DNA of 63,776 bases, the filler included, from an uncultured bacterium (lineage in GTDB: Bacteria > Latescibacterota > UBA2968): NCBI GenBank assembly GCA_964471275.1. It is 4 parts of 4 records of this genome, joined end to end, with 100 filler letters (N's around TTAATTAATTAA, not from the genome) between each part and the next. Parts side by side here need not be neighbours in the genome. Positions count along the whole stretch, not along the records: positions 53,435 to 63,776 come from CAYYGZ010000168.1; 3 more parts are not named here. One strand, given 5' to 3'. Made by a program: the position numbers and the translations under genes. The notes beneath the pieces were generated by a model. That model had not been told where the DNA came from, did no database searches, and saw only the letters and a program-made list of their open reading frames with translations. This document shows positions 55,510-63,776 of this stretch, piece by piece (the stretch's first letter is position 1; every line of letters starts with the position of its first letter).

Positions 55510-56946
55510 GTGTCTGCCTTGCCTAACTACCTTGGCCTCGATGTCGGTACGACAACCGTAACGGCCGTCGTTGTGGATTGTCAGAATGGCGATGTCGTCG
55601 GGAAGGCTACGTCGGCGAACGATTCTGAGACCACGTCGGCGAAGGAAAAGCAGCTGGGCCGGAGCGAATGGAATGTTGGCCGCATTCTCGATGTCGTGCG
55701 GGACGTGTTGAGGGACGTGACACGAACGGGATCGGATATCGGTGCGATCGGGGTGACGGGTCAGATGCACGGGATGCTTCTGGTCGACGATGAGGGCAGG
55801 CCGGAAGGACCTTTTATCGGGTGGCAGGATCAGAGGGCCGCGGAGCAACTGCCCGGTGGGGAGGCTACGGTGATCGCCGGTCTTATCGAGGCCGTCGACG
55901 AGTCGGACCCAAAGGGTTACGTCTGTCGACCGAAGACGGGCTATCTCGGCGCCACACTCGCCTGGCTCAAAGCACACCACAGGCTTCCCGAAGGCACGCG
56001 CGCAACCTTCCTGCCCGATTTCATCTCATCACAGCTTACGTCAACGCAACCCGTTACGGACGCGACGAATGCAGCCGGTTCCGGTTTTTTTAACGTGGTA
56101 AATCGTGCGTGGCATTCGCCGCTGATCGATCAACTTGGACTGAGGGGCAGCAGACTGCCGAACGTAGTCGAATCGGGATCATCAGCCGGTTCTCTGGTGG
56201 ACGCGTGGACTTTCGGCAGACTCGACACCGGGATTCCGGTCTGTGTCGCGTGCGGCGACAACCAGGCAAGCTTTCTGGGCAGCGTACGCGATCCGCAGGC
56301 TTCCGTGCTGATCAATGTCGGGACTGGCGGACAGGTATCGGTCAACACCGACAAACCGGATGTGGGACCGGGGCTCGAAGCGCGTCCTCACGTTGACGGG
56401 CGATACATCCTGGTAGGAGCGGGTCTGGTGGGTGGGCGAACGTATGCGTGGCTTCGAGACTTCTATCTTGAAGTCGGCCGACAGCTGTTCGACTATGAGG
56501 GAGATTCCGAAGCGGTTTACGAGCGAATGACAGATCTCGCGGATCAAGCTGATGTTGGGTCGAGCGGTCTGATGATGGAGCCTCTTTTGACGGGTACTCG
56601 CGAAGATCCAGCTCGGCGTGGGACGATCGGGGGAATCGGTACGGTGAACTTCAGTCCGGGTAACCTGTCGCGCGCGCTGCTTGAGGGCGTTATCGCACAG
56701 TTCAAGCGGCTGTATGACACCACGCTGGTCGCCGGTGCGGGAGAACGCTCGGTCCTGATCGGCGCCGGAAACGGAGTTCGCAAGAACAAGGTGCTGCGTG
56801 AAGTGGCAGAACGGGTGTTCGGTCTGGAAATGCGGGTGCCCGTGCACACCGAGGAGGCGGCCTACGGGGCGGCGATGCAGGCGATGGTTCTGGATGGTGG
56901 GCGGCGCAACCTGGAAGATGCTGCTGAAATCATCACGTATGCGTGA
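55510..56946 (+). CDS. FGGY-family carbohydrate kinase (sedoheptulokinase/xylulokinase-like)
   Basis: LGLDVGTT, GVTGQMHG, WQDQR, GDNQASFLG, NVGTGGQVS, EEAAYGAA. Confidence 0.9.
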   Translation: MSALPNYLGLDVGTTTVTAVVVDCQNGDVVGKATSANDSETTSAKEKQLGRSEWNVGRILDVVRDVLRDVTRTGSDIGAIGVTGQMHGMLLVDDEGRPEGPFIGWQDQRAAEQLPGGEATVIAGLIEAVDESDPKGYVCRPKTGYLGATLAWLKAHHRLPEGTRATFLPDFISSQLTSTQPVTDATNAAGSGFFNVVNRAWHSPLIDQLGLRGSRLPNVVESGSSAGSLVDAWTFGRLDTGIPVCVACGDNQASFLGSVRDPQASVLINVGTGGQVSVNTDKPDVGPGLEARPHVDGRYILVGAGLVGGRTYAWLRDFYLEVGRQLFDYEGDSEAVYERMTDLADQADVGSSGLMMEPLLTGTREDPARRGTIGGIGTVNFSPGNLSRALLEGVIAQFKRLYDTTLVAGAGERSVLIGAGNGVRKNKVLREVAERVFGLEMRVPVHTEEAAYGAAMQAMVLDGGRRNLEDAAEIITYA

Positions 56947-56963
56947 CAGAGGGGTATGGCACG

Positions 56964-57227
56964 CTAGACCCAGTGCTCGCCGTTGTTCTCAATGACGTCG
57001 CGGACGGCCGGTTTGAGGAAGTAGCAATCCAGGGGCAGCCTGGCGAAAGCTCTCGAAAGGACCTCGACCTGAGATTTTGAATCTAGCGTTCGGTCGAGGA
57101 TGAAACGACGTTCTTCCTTGACGACGCACAGGCCTCCCGGGCGGCCCTCGAGATCGACTCGCTTGATGTCGATTTTAAGCTTCTCGGCCAATGCTTCCAG
57201 CTCCTGTAGCAACAGTTCATCCGTCAT
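56964..57227 (-). CDS. Small hypothetical protein
   Basis: 87 aa; ELEALAEKL.I.....GGLC......ILD......Q.EVL...F....LD..FL.PAVR..IE; GGAG RBS. Confidence 0.75.
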   Translation of the reverse strand: MTDELLLQELEALAEKLKIDIKRVDLEGRPGGLCVVKEERRFILDRTLDSKSQVEVLSRAFARLPLDCYFLKPAVRDVIENNGEHWV

Positions 57228-57335
57228 CTCGAGTCTCCGTAGCTTTACGTCTCTGTCTGAGTTTACGCCAATCGCCTTTCAGATTCAATCGCCCCGATTT
57301 CTCCCCAAGCCAATATCTTTACGCGGAAGATACGA

Positions 57336-57974
57336 ATGAGTCTGAAAGCGATTCTTTGGGACAACGACGGCGTCCTCGTGGATACCGAGCATCTGTATTT
57401 TGAGGCATGCGCCCGAGCGCTCGCGGAGGTCGGGTTCGAGTTGACGCGGGAAGCCTACATTGAGGCGTCCCTGACGCAAGGGACTAGCGTCTCCGATCTG
57501 GCAGGCCTAAGCGCCGGCGAACACGAACGCTTCCGGACCGTACGAAACGCGCTTTACGCTGAGTTGCTAGAGCAGGGAGGGTTGATCATCCCGGGCGCAG
57601 AAGATACCCTCGAAGCCCTGAGGGCTCGTGTTCGGATGATGATTGTGACGAGTTCTCGACGAGATCACTTTCGGATCATACACGAGACGACAGGGCTTCT
57701 GCGTTACTTCGAGAGTGTTGTCGACAACGAGGACTACGAACGATCCAAACCGAACCCAGATCCTTATCTGGAAGGATTGGCGCGGTTGAATCTGGGCGCA
57801 GAAGACTGCATAGCGGTCGAGGATTCGGTGAGGGGGATGACGGCAGCGAATCGCGCCGGTCTGCGATGCGTGGTTGTGCCGAACGCCCTGACCCGAGATG
57901 CGGGCTTTTCTGGCGCGTATCGAGTTTTGAAGGATGTGAGGGATGTCTTGGGTGTGGTGGAGGAGCTGCTGTAA
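57336..57974 (+). CDS. HAD-superfamily phosphatase
   Basis: WDNDGVLVDTE, VTSS, KPNPDPY, VEDS.RG. Confidence 0.92.
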   Translation: MSLKAILWDNDGVLVDTEHLYFEACARALAEVGFELTREAYIEASLTQGTSVSDLAGLSAGEHERFRTVRNALYAELLEQGGLIIPGAEDTLEALRARVRMMIVTSSRRDHFRIIHETTGLLRYFESVVDNEDYERSKPNPDPYLEGLARLNLGAEDCIAVEDSVRGMTAANRAGLRCVVVPNALTRDAGFSGAYRVLKDVRDVLGVVEELL

Positions 57975-58021
57975 TGGACCCGGTTACGAAAGGCTGATTC
58001 AGTGATGCTGGTGGTGCTAAC

Positions 58022-58876
58022 ATGAAAGCAGGTATTTTTTCCACCGTCTTCTCACGCGACAGCTTGGAGGGCGTACTCGATGCAGTCGTCGGGGCCGGGT
58101 TCCGGGCAACGCAGTTTCACATGAGCTGTGCGGGAATCGATCAGATACCCGAAAAGATGCCTGCAGGTCTCTGCGGTCGGATTCAGAATGCCTTCGCTGT
58201 GCGAGGGCTGGAGATGAGCGTATTATCGGGTACCTTCAACATGATTGATCAAGACTCTGAGGCCAAAGAAGCAGGCTTTCGAGGTCTACACGAGCTCACT
58301 TTGCGCGCACGTTCACTTGGTACGTCAGTGGTCACCCTGTGCAGCGGCACGATGGCAGATTATCTGTGGCGACCGCATCCAGGCAACAACGGCAAGGAAG
58401 CGTGGGATCAGATGATCGCATCCATGGCTCGTGCGGCGGAGATCGCTGAGAAGCACGATGTATATGTGGCTTTCGAACCCGAGGTGTCGAACGTGATCGA
58501 CAGTGCAGAGAAGGCAAAGCGTGTGATCGACGCGGTTGCGTCACCCAAGCTGAAGGTCTGTATCGACGGGGCGAACCTGTTTCACGAGGGGGAGCTGCCC
58601 CGAATGGACGAGATCCTGGATGAGGCCTTCGATCTGATCGGCGAACACATCGTGTTTGCGCACGGGAAGGATCTGTCGAAGGATGGAGAGGCCGGGCACG
58701 ATGCGGCAGGAACGGGGTTCCTCAACTATGAACGATACGTGAGTCTGCTGAGCCAGGTCGGGTATGAGGGAGCGATCGCACTGCACAGCCTGACGGAGGA
58801 ACAGGTTCCGGAATGCAGGAGATTCCTGCTGGGCAAACTCGGGGCAGAAGCAGGCCAATCGGCTGATAGGCATTAG
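58022..58876 (+). CDS. Sugar phosphate isomerase/epimerase
   Basis: SGTFNM, AFEPE..N, DGANLF, AHGKD, AGTG.L.Y. Confidence 0.88.
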   Translation: MKAGIFSTVFSRDSLEGVLDAVVGAGFRATQFHMSCAGIDQIPEKMPAGLCGRIQNAFAVRGLEMSVLSGTFNMIDQDSEAKEAGFRGLHELTLRARSLGTSVVTLCSGTMADYLWRPHPGNNGKEAWDQMIASMARAAEIAEKHDVYVAFEPEVSNVIDSAEKAKRVIDAVASPKLKVCIDGANLFHEGELPRMDEILDEAFDLIGEHIVFAHGKDLSKDGEAGHDAAGTGFLNYERYVSLLSQVGYEGAIALHSLTEEQVPECRRFLLGKLGAEAGQSADRH

Positions 58877-58948
58877 GCAAGAGAGAGCGCGGGGTCTGAG
58901 GATCCCGCGGTTTATTCTGATATGGATTAAACGCTCGATACGCTGTTT

Positions 58949-61087
58949 GTGACATCGCCCCCCAACATGGGGGCACTACTCGCGAAGGAGCTGGAGGATC
59001 TGGAGATCCCTGTGCGTCGCGAGATGCGTGGGGGAGTGTATGTCGAGAAGTCCGTCGAGGTTGGCTACAAGGTTTGCTTGTGGTCGCGGGTGGCGAACCG
59101 CGCCCTGTGGCCGCTGATGGCATTCCCGGCGGCTGACGAGGACGCGCTCTATACCGGTGTGAAGGCGTTCCCCTGGGAGGAGCATCTGAATGCCGAAGGG
59201 ACCCTGGCGGTGGACGCAAACTGCGTGCAGAGCGGAATCACGCATTCACACTACACGGCTCTGAAGACGAAGGACGCAATCGTTGACCGTCTTCGTGACC
59301 TGTTGGGTGAGCGACCATCGGTCGATGTCAATCATCCCGAACTGCAGATCAACACCTACATCTACAAGGACACGGCCACACTCAGTATCGATCTGGCCGG
59401 GGAGAGCCTCTACCGGCGCGGATACCGGACCGTCGGACTGGAGGCACCGCTGAAAGAGAATCTCGCGGCTGGGTTGCTGTATCGCGCAGGGTGGCCGGCA
59501 ATCGCCGCAGAAGGCGGGGCACTGGTCGACCCGATGTGCGGCACGGGAACGTTTCTGGTCGAGGCTGCGATGATGGCCTGCAAGGCTGCACCCGGACTGC
59601 TCAGAGGACAGTGTGGTGTGGCCCGCTGGTTGAAGCACGATGCCGCAGTGTGGGAGAGGCTCGTCGAGGAGGCGAAGAAGCTTCGGATCCGAGGGGCCCG
59701 AGAGATTGCTTTTGGGTCTGATTGGGATAGACGCTCGGTACAAACTTCACAGCAGCACGCGAAACAGGCAGGGGTGGATGGTCTCATCCGTGTTGAAGAG
59801 GGTGATGTTCGGCACGCAGCACCTCCCAAGGGAGCAGAGGCCGGTCTCCTGATTACGAACCCACCATACGGGCAGCGAATGGGAGACGGGCGCAAGCTTG
59901 CCGGCCTCTATCGCACGCTGGGTGAGCGATTGAGAGGGTACTGGCCCGGCTGGATGGCTGCAGTGTTCACGGGAAACCCCCCGCTGTGCGGCGAATTGAG
60001 GCTCAAGCCGCGTCGTACCTATGATTACCGCAACGGCTCGATTCCGTGTCGGTTTGCCATGTATAAGCTTGCGACTGCGGAACGTCTTCAATCGCAAGTG
60101 GTAGGGGAGCCGGGAGTCGAGATGCTGGTGAACCGGTTTCGCCGAAATCTCCGACATATCGGCAAGTGGGCGCGACGGAACGGGATTGCCAGCTACAGGC
60201 TCTATGACAGCGATCTTCCCGAGTATGCGTTTGCCGTAGATCTTTATCGGGATGCAAACGACACGGTGACTGCCCACGTGACCGTCAATGAGGTCAAAGA
60301 GGAAGGTGTTCTGACCAAGGCACGGCAGTCAACCGGGATTCAGGTGGTTCAGCGGGTACTTGAAATTCCGCAGGAACGAGTGATCGTGAAGTCGCGACGC
60401 AGGCAGGAGGGTGATGCCCAGTACGCGCGGATCGACCGTAAGGACACATACGATATGGTCGCGGAAGGAGATGCTCGCTTTCTCGTCAATCTGACGGATT
60501 TCCACGATACTGGGCTGTTTCTCGACAATCGATTCGTGCGTGCCTACGTGAAGGAACGTTCGCAGGGCATCCGGCTTCTGAATCTGTTCGCCTACACAGG
60601 AAGCGTGACGGTGAGTGCCGTGCTCGGGGGAGCAGCCTCCTCGACGACCATCGATCTGTCGAATACATACGTCGAATGGGCGGCACAGAATTACGAGCTG
60701 AACGGGGTAGACCTGAACGCACACGAGATCGTACGAGCAGATTGTCTGGCGTGGCTGCGTGAGGCGGAGAAGGGGCTGCACGGATCGGACAAGTATGATC
60801 TGATCTACTTTGATCCTCCGACGTTCTCGAATTCCAAGGGAATGGATGAATCGTTCGATGTGCAGCGAGATCATGCCGCGTGGATCGATCGGGCACTCGG
60901 TCTGATGCGCGACACAGGTTGTCTGATTTTTAGGTGTAATCGACGTGGGTTCCGGATGGGGTTTGACGGTGAGGGATACGTTGTGAAGGACATATCGAAG
61001 CAGACACTAGCGCTGGATTTCGAGAGACGCGCTGGGATGCATCATTGTTTTGAGATCAAGAGGCAGGGCGTAGGGGGTGGGGTGTAG
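58949..61087 (+). CDS. rlmKL: Bifunctional 23S rRNA methyltransferase RlmKL
   Basis: LWSRVANR THUMP, APLKENLAAG, DPMCGTGT, TNPPYG, YRLYDSDLPEY, DTGLFLD, NLFAYTG, DPPTFSNSK. Confidence 0.93.
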   Translation: MTSPPNMGALLAKELEDLEIPVRREMRGGVYVEKSVEVGYKVCLWSRVANRALWPLMAFPAADEDALYTGVKAFPWEEHLNAEGTLAVDANCVQSGITHSHYTALKTKDAIVDRLRDLLGERPSVDVNHPELQINTYIYKDTATLSIDLAGESLYRRGYRTVGLEAPLKENLAAGLLYRAGWPAIAAEGGALVDPMCGTGTFLVEAAMMACKAAPGLLRGQCGVARWLKHDAAVWERLVEEAKKLRIRGAREIAFGSDWDRRSVQTSQQHAKQAGVDGLIRVEEGDVRHAAPPKGAEAGLLITNPPYGQRMGDGRKLAGLYRTLGERLRGYWPGWMAAVFTGNPPLCGELRLKPRRTYDYRNGSIPCRFAMYKLATAERLQSQVVGEPGVEMLVNRFRRNLRHIGKWARRNGIASYRLYDSDLPEYAFAVDLYRDANDTVTAHVTVNEVKEEGVLTKARQSTGIQVVQRVLEIPQERVIVKSRRRQEGDAQYARIDRKDTYDMVAEGDARFLVNLTDFHDTGLFLDNRFVRAYVKERSQGIRLLNLFAYTGSVTVSAVLGGAASSTTIDLSNTYVEWAAQNYELNGVDLNAHEIVRADCLAWLREAEKGLHGSDKYDLIYFDPPTFSNSKGMDESFDVQRDHAAWIDRALGLMRDTGCLIFRCNRRGFRMGFDGEGYVVKDISKQTLALDFERRAGMHHCFEIKRQGVGGGV

Positions 61088-61125
61088 GGGGTGAGCGCTC
61101 TGGGACCGAGAAGATGGGGGAATCA

Positions 61126-62601
61126 ATGAGACAACCGAATGTGTTAGTCATTCAGGCGGATCAGCATCGGTACGATTGTCTGGGGTGTATGGGGAATCCG
61201 GATGTGCGGACGCCGAACATCGATGCGATCGCGCAGGACGGGACGATCTATGAGAACGCATTCTGTCCATATCCAGTCTGCACACCTTCGCGGTTTTCGT
61301 TTCTGACCGGATTGAATGTGCATCAGCATCTAGGTTGGTCGAATCACTGTACCATTCCCGCAGGTCTGCCGACGTTTCCGAAGATCATGCGGGAAGCGGG
61401 ATATCGCACGAAGGCCGTCGGGAAGATGCACTTTACGCCGACGTATCTGGATGTCGGCTTTGATGAGATGCTGCTTGTCGAACAGAACGGGCCCGGACGC
61501 TACGATGACGATTACCACCGGTATCTACGTGATCTGGATCTGTGCGACGACATCGATCTTATGGATCAAGAGCGGGAGTATCGAAGCCGAGCCCCGCAGA
61601 ATTATTCGGATGCACTTGGGGCAATGGTATCGACGCTGGATGAGGAACACCACGTGACGACGTGGGTCGGTCAGCACGCAGTGGATACGCTTTCATCCTG
61701 GGAAGACGGCGGGAACTTGTTGATGGCGAGCTTCGTTCCTCCGCATCATCCGTATGTTCCACCGGCACCATGGCACGAAATGTATGATCCTGGCGCGCTG
61801 ACGATACTGCCGGGATACACAGACCGGTGCGATCAGAATGATCTGCTCTACTCTCGCGGATTCTTCCCGCACGATCAGTGGGTTGAGGGGCAGCTGCGCC
61901 GAGTGATGGCCTATTACTATGCGACCATTTCCCAAATCGATCACTGGGTCGGGCAGATGATCGACACTCTCCGGGCGAGCGGTCTGTATGACGACACGGT
62001 GATCGTCTACAACTCAGATCACGGTGAGTATCTCGGGTATCGACACATGATCGGAAAGGGCAACCGGATCTACGAGCCGCTGATCCGGATTCCAACGATA
62101 ATCAAACTGGCGGGCGAACGGGAGCGGGAGGCCAGGAGTGCGGACCTGATCAATACGACCGATCTGGCACCGACACTCCTGAACTGCGCCGGTTGCGATG
62201 TGCCTGAAGAGATGGGTGGGCGTGATCTGTCCGCGAGCGAGGGTAGCCAACGGGCAATCGTGTTTGCGGAATCCTCGCGCGGTCGGGAATACATGGCCCG
62301 ATCACAGACACGAAAACTCCTTCTGAGCGAAGATGGTGCCTTTACGTCGTTCTATGATCTGGAAAACGATCCATACGAGACGACCAATCTGATTAAGGAC
62401 GAGCGTTACCAGAAGGATATCACATCGTTGAAGGACGGGCTGATGAAGTGGATGCTGTTCGATTCGCGCACTCCCGTTCACGTGGACGAGCAGGCACAAT
62501 TATGCTCCGGGGACAACGTGCTGCCTGGTGCAAAGGAAGACCGAGCGGCGATGGACGAGTATATGCGGAAGAAGATCGAACCTGCACTGAGGCGCGTCTG
62601 A
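61126..62601 (+). CDS. Sulfatase (Cys-type, cytoplasmic)
   Basis: PNVLVIQADQHR, CTPSR..FLTG, GKMH, PPHHP, SDHGE, FYDLENDPYE. Confidence 0.93.
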   Translation: MRQPNVLVIQADQHRYDCLGCMGNPDVRTPNIDAIAQDGTIYENAFCPYPVCTPSRFSFLTGLNVHQHLGWSNHCTIPAGLPTFPKIMREAGYRTKAVGKMHFTPTYLDVGFDEMLLVEQNGPGRYDDDYHRYLRDLDLCDDIDLMDQEREYRSRAPQNYSDALGAMVSTLDEEHHVTTWVGQHAVDTLSSWEDGGNLLMASFVPPHHPYVPPAPWHEMYDPGALTILPGYTDRCDQNDLLYSRGFFPHDQWVEGQLRRVMAYYYATISQIDHWVGQMIDTLRASGLYDDTVIVYNSDHGEYLGYRHMIGKGNRIYEPLIRIPTIIKLAGEREREARSADLINTTDLAPTLLNCAGCDVPEEMGGRDLSASEGSQRAIVFAESSRGREYMARSQTRKLLLSEDGAFTSFYDLENDPYETTNLIKDERYQKDITSLKDGLMKWMLFDSRTPVHVDEQAQLCSGDNVLPGAKEDRAAMDEYMRKKIEPALRRV

Positions 62602-62611
62602 AAGGCATGAG

Positions 62612-63619
62612 ATGATCTGGAGGGACATTCGGGATCTGCGGATCGAAGGTCAGGGATGGACAGATACGAAGGCGCCTTTCGACCGACTGCCCGCGCGTGC
62701 CGAGGGTGTGGTTCGCGATGTGGTATGGGATCTGAGCCGGCATTCAGCCGGTCTGTGCGTCAAGTTCCGGACGGACGCAACAGAGATACACGGACGATGG
62801 ACCTTGACTCTCGATCGGCTGGCGATGGGACACATGCCTGCGACCGGATGCAGCGGTTTGGATTTGTACATCGACACGGCTTCGGGATTGCGATGGGCAG
62901 GTGTGGGTCGGCCGGAATCGCTGCCCGATGTTCAGGATGTCCTTGTCGAAGGCATGGCCGATGGCGAGAAGTCGTGCACCGTCTATCTCCCTCTGTACAA
63001 CGGTGTGTCTTCCGTTGAGATTGGTGTGCCCGAAGGGACATCGATCGAATCGGTCGAACGACCATTGGGGCGCAGGACCGTGCTTTTCTACGGGACATCC
63101 ATTACGCAGGGTGCATCTGCATCGCGCACCGGAACTAATCACGTCGCGAAGGTCGGTCGAGCCCTCGATTGCGAAACGATCAACCTGGGTTTTTCCGGGA
63201 ACGGGGTGATGGAACCCGAAGTGGCTGGTTTTCTGGCCGAGCTGAATCCGGATATATTTGTGATCGACTGTTTACCGAATATGACTGCGGACCTGGTAAC
63301 CGAACGCACAGCCTCACTGGTGATGGCCCTTCGCGAGAAACGTCCGGACACGCCGGTCCTGCTGGTTGAGGACCGGATGTATGGGGATTCGGTATTTGTG
63401 CACTCCAGGCGCGAGCAGAATGAATCGAATCGGAGGGCTCTCCGCGAGGTTTTCGCCGGGCTCGAGGCGAACGGTGTGCGCAATGTGCACTACTTGGAGG
63501 GTGCGACACTTCTGGGAGAAGACGGCGACGACACCGTCGATGGGTCGCACCCGACGGATCTTGGATTCAAGAGGCAAGCGGACCGATTTATCGATGTGAT
63601 CAGCAAGGTACTGGGGTAA
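62612..63619 (+). CDS. SGNH/GDSL hydrolase with N-terminal GxDLY domain
   Basis: GLDLY, YLPLYN, YGTSITQG, NLGFSGNG, DCLPN, DGSHPTDLG. Confidence 0.9.
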   Translation: MIWRDIRDLRIEGQGWTDTKAPFDRLPARAEGVVRDVVWDLSRHSAGLCVKFRTDATEIHGRWTLTLDRLAMGHMPATGCSGLDLYIDTASGLRWAGVGRPESLPDVQDVLVEGMADGEKSCTVYLPLYNGVSSVEIGVPEGTSIESVERPLGRRTVLFYGTSITQGASASRTGTNHVAKVGRALDCETINLGFSGNGVMEPEVAGFLAELNPDIFVIDCLPNMTADLVTERTASLVMALREKRPDTPVLLVEDRMYGDSVFVHSRREQNESNRRALREVFAGLEANGVRNVHYLEGATLLGEDGDDTVDGSHPTDLGFKRQADRFIDVISKVLG

Positions 63620-63669
63620 GGACCTCGTTTCCTGATGATCACGGGCAGAGACCGTGAACGAGAAGACCC

Positions 63670-63776
63670 ATGCGTGTTCACAAGATCGACGAGGAGATTC
63701 GGAGCGCTTACGGACTGACGACGGCGGATATCAACGGAAATGGGTTGATCGATGTCGTCGTTGGGTCGACGGGAGA
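63670..63776 (+). CDS. FG-GAP/VCBS repeat protein, N-terminal fragment
   Basis: MRVHKIDEEIRSAYGLTTADINGNGLIDVVVGS...; runs off the window. Confidence 0.6.
   Translation, partial: MRVHKIDEEIRSAYGLTTADINGNGLIDVVVGSTG

Noticed and set aside
1..63776. CRISPR arrays, tRNA/rRNA genes, transposases, integrases, prophage or defence systems
   Set aside because: None recognised by eye; sbcCD has a housekeeping context with no defence partners. Covariance-model searches were not possible.

Overview
Bacterial draft-genome/MAG window made of four unlinked contigs joined by 100-nt N/TTAATTAATTAA spacers (17770-17869, 35631-35730, 53335-53434). The two complete contigs are 17761 and 17604 nt, which suggests size-sorted concatenation, so gene adjacency across gaps is meaningless. 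Gene content (a giant cohesin/dockerin protein, sulfatase, GH92, alginate lyase, PhyH dioxygenases, DUF4837, sugar isomerases) suggests a diderm polysaccharide degrader such as Latescibacterota (inference). Contig 1: hflK (partial), pfkB kinase, recG, TPR/LpoA-like protein, decayed ComEA-like gene, sbcD-sbcC-alr-DUF4837, DUF502 pseudogene, ahpC-ahpD with an OxyR-like site, FGE-family protein. Contig 2: Gfo/Idh/MocA pseudogene, DUF362, PBP1A, TRAP transporter, TonB pseudogene, alginate lyase, two EamA transporters, GH92, DUF1445, hydrolase. Contig 3: PhyH pair, 1692-aa cohesin-dockerin protein, ROK kinase, yggT, response regulator, LigD-polymerase remnant, TPR protein, octaheme cytochrome, B12-radical SAM, orphan fliG. 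Contig 4: mini-FlgM, M14 deacylase, FGGY kinase, HAD, rlmKL, sulfatase, SGNH hydrolase. The best lead is that the giant cohesin-dockerin gene carries flagellin-like regulation: a near-consensus sigma28 promoter (TAAA-N15-GCCGATAC) and a GGA-rich leader with a perfect CsrA consensus site. Other leads are a beta-clamp-motif TPR protein beside a decayed LigD gene, probable CTG/ATC start codons, and several pseudogenes. No tRNA, rRNA, CRISPR array or intact mobile element was recognised. All family calls come from motif recognition, not database searches.
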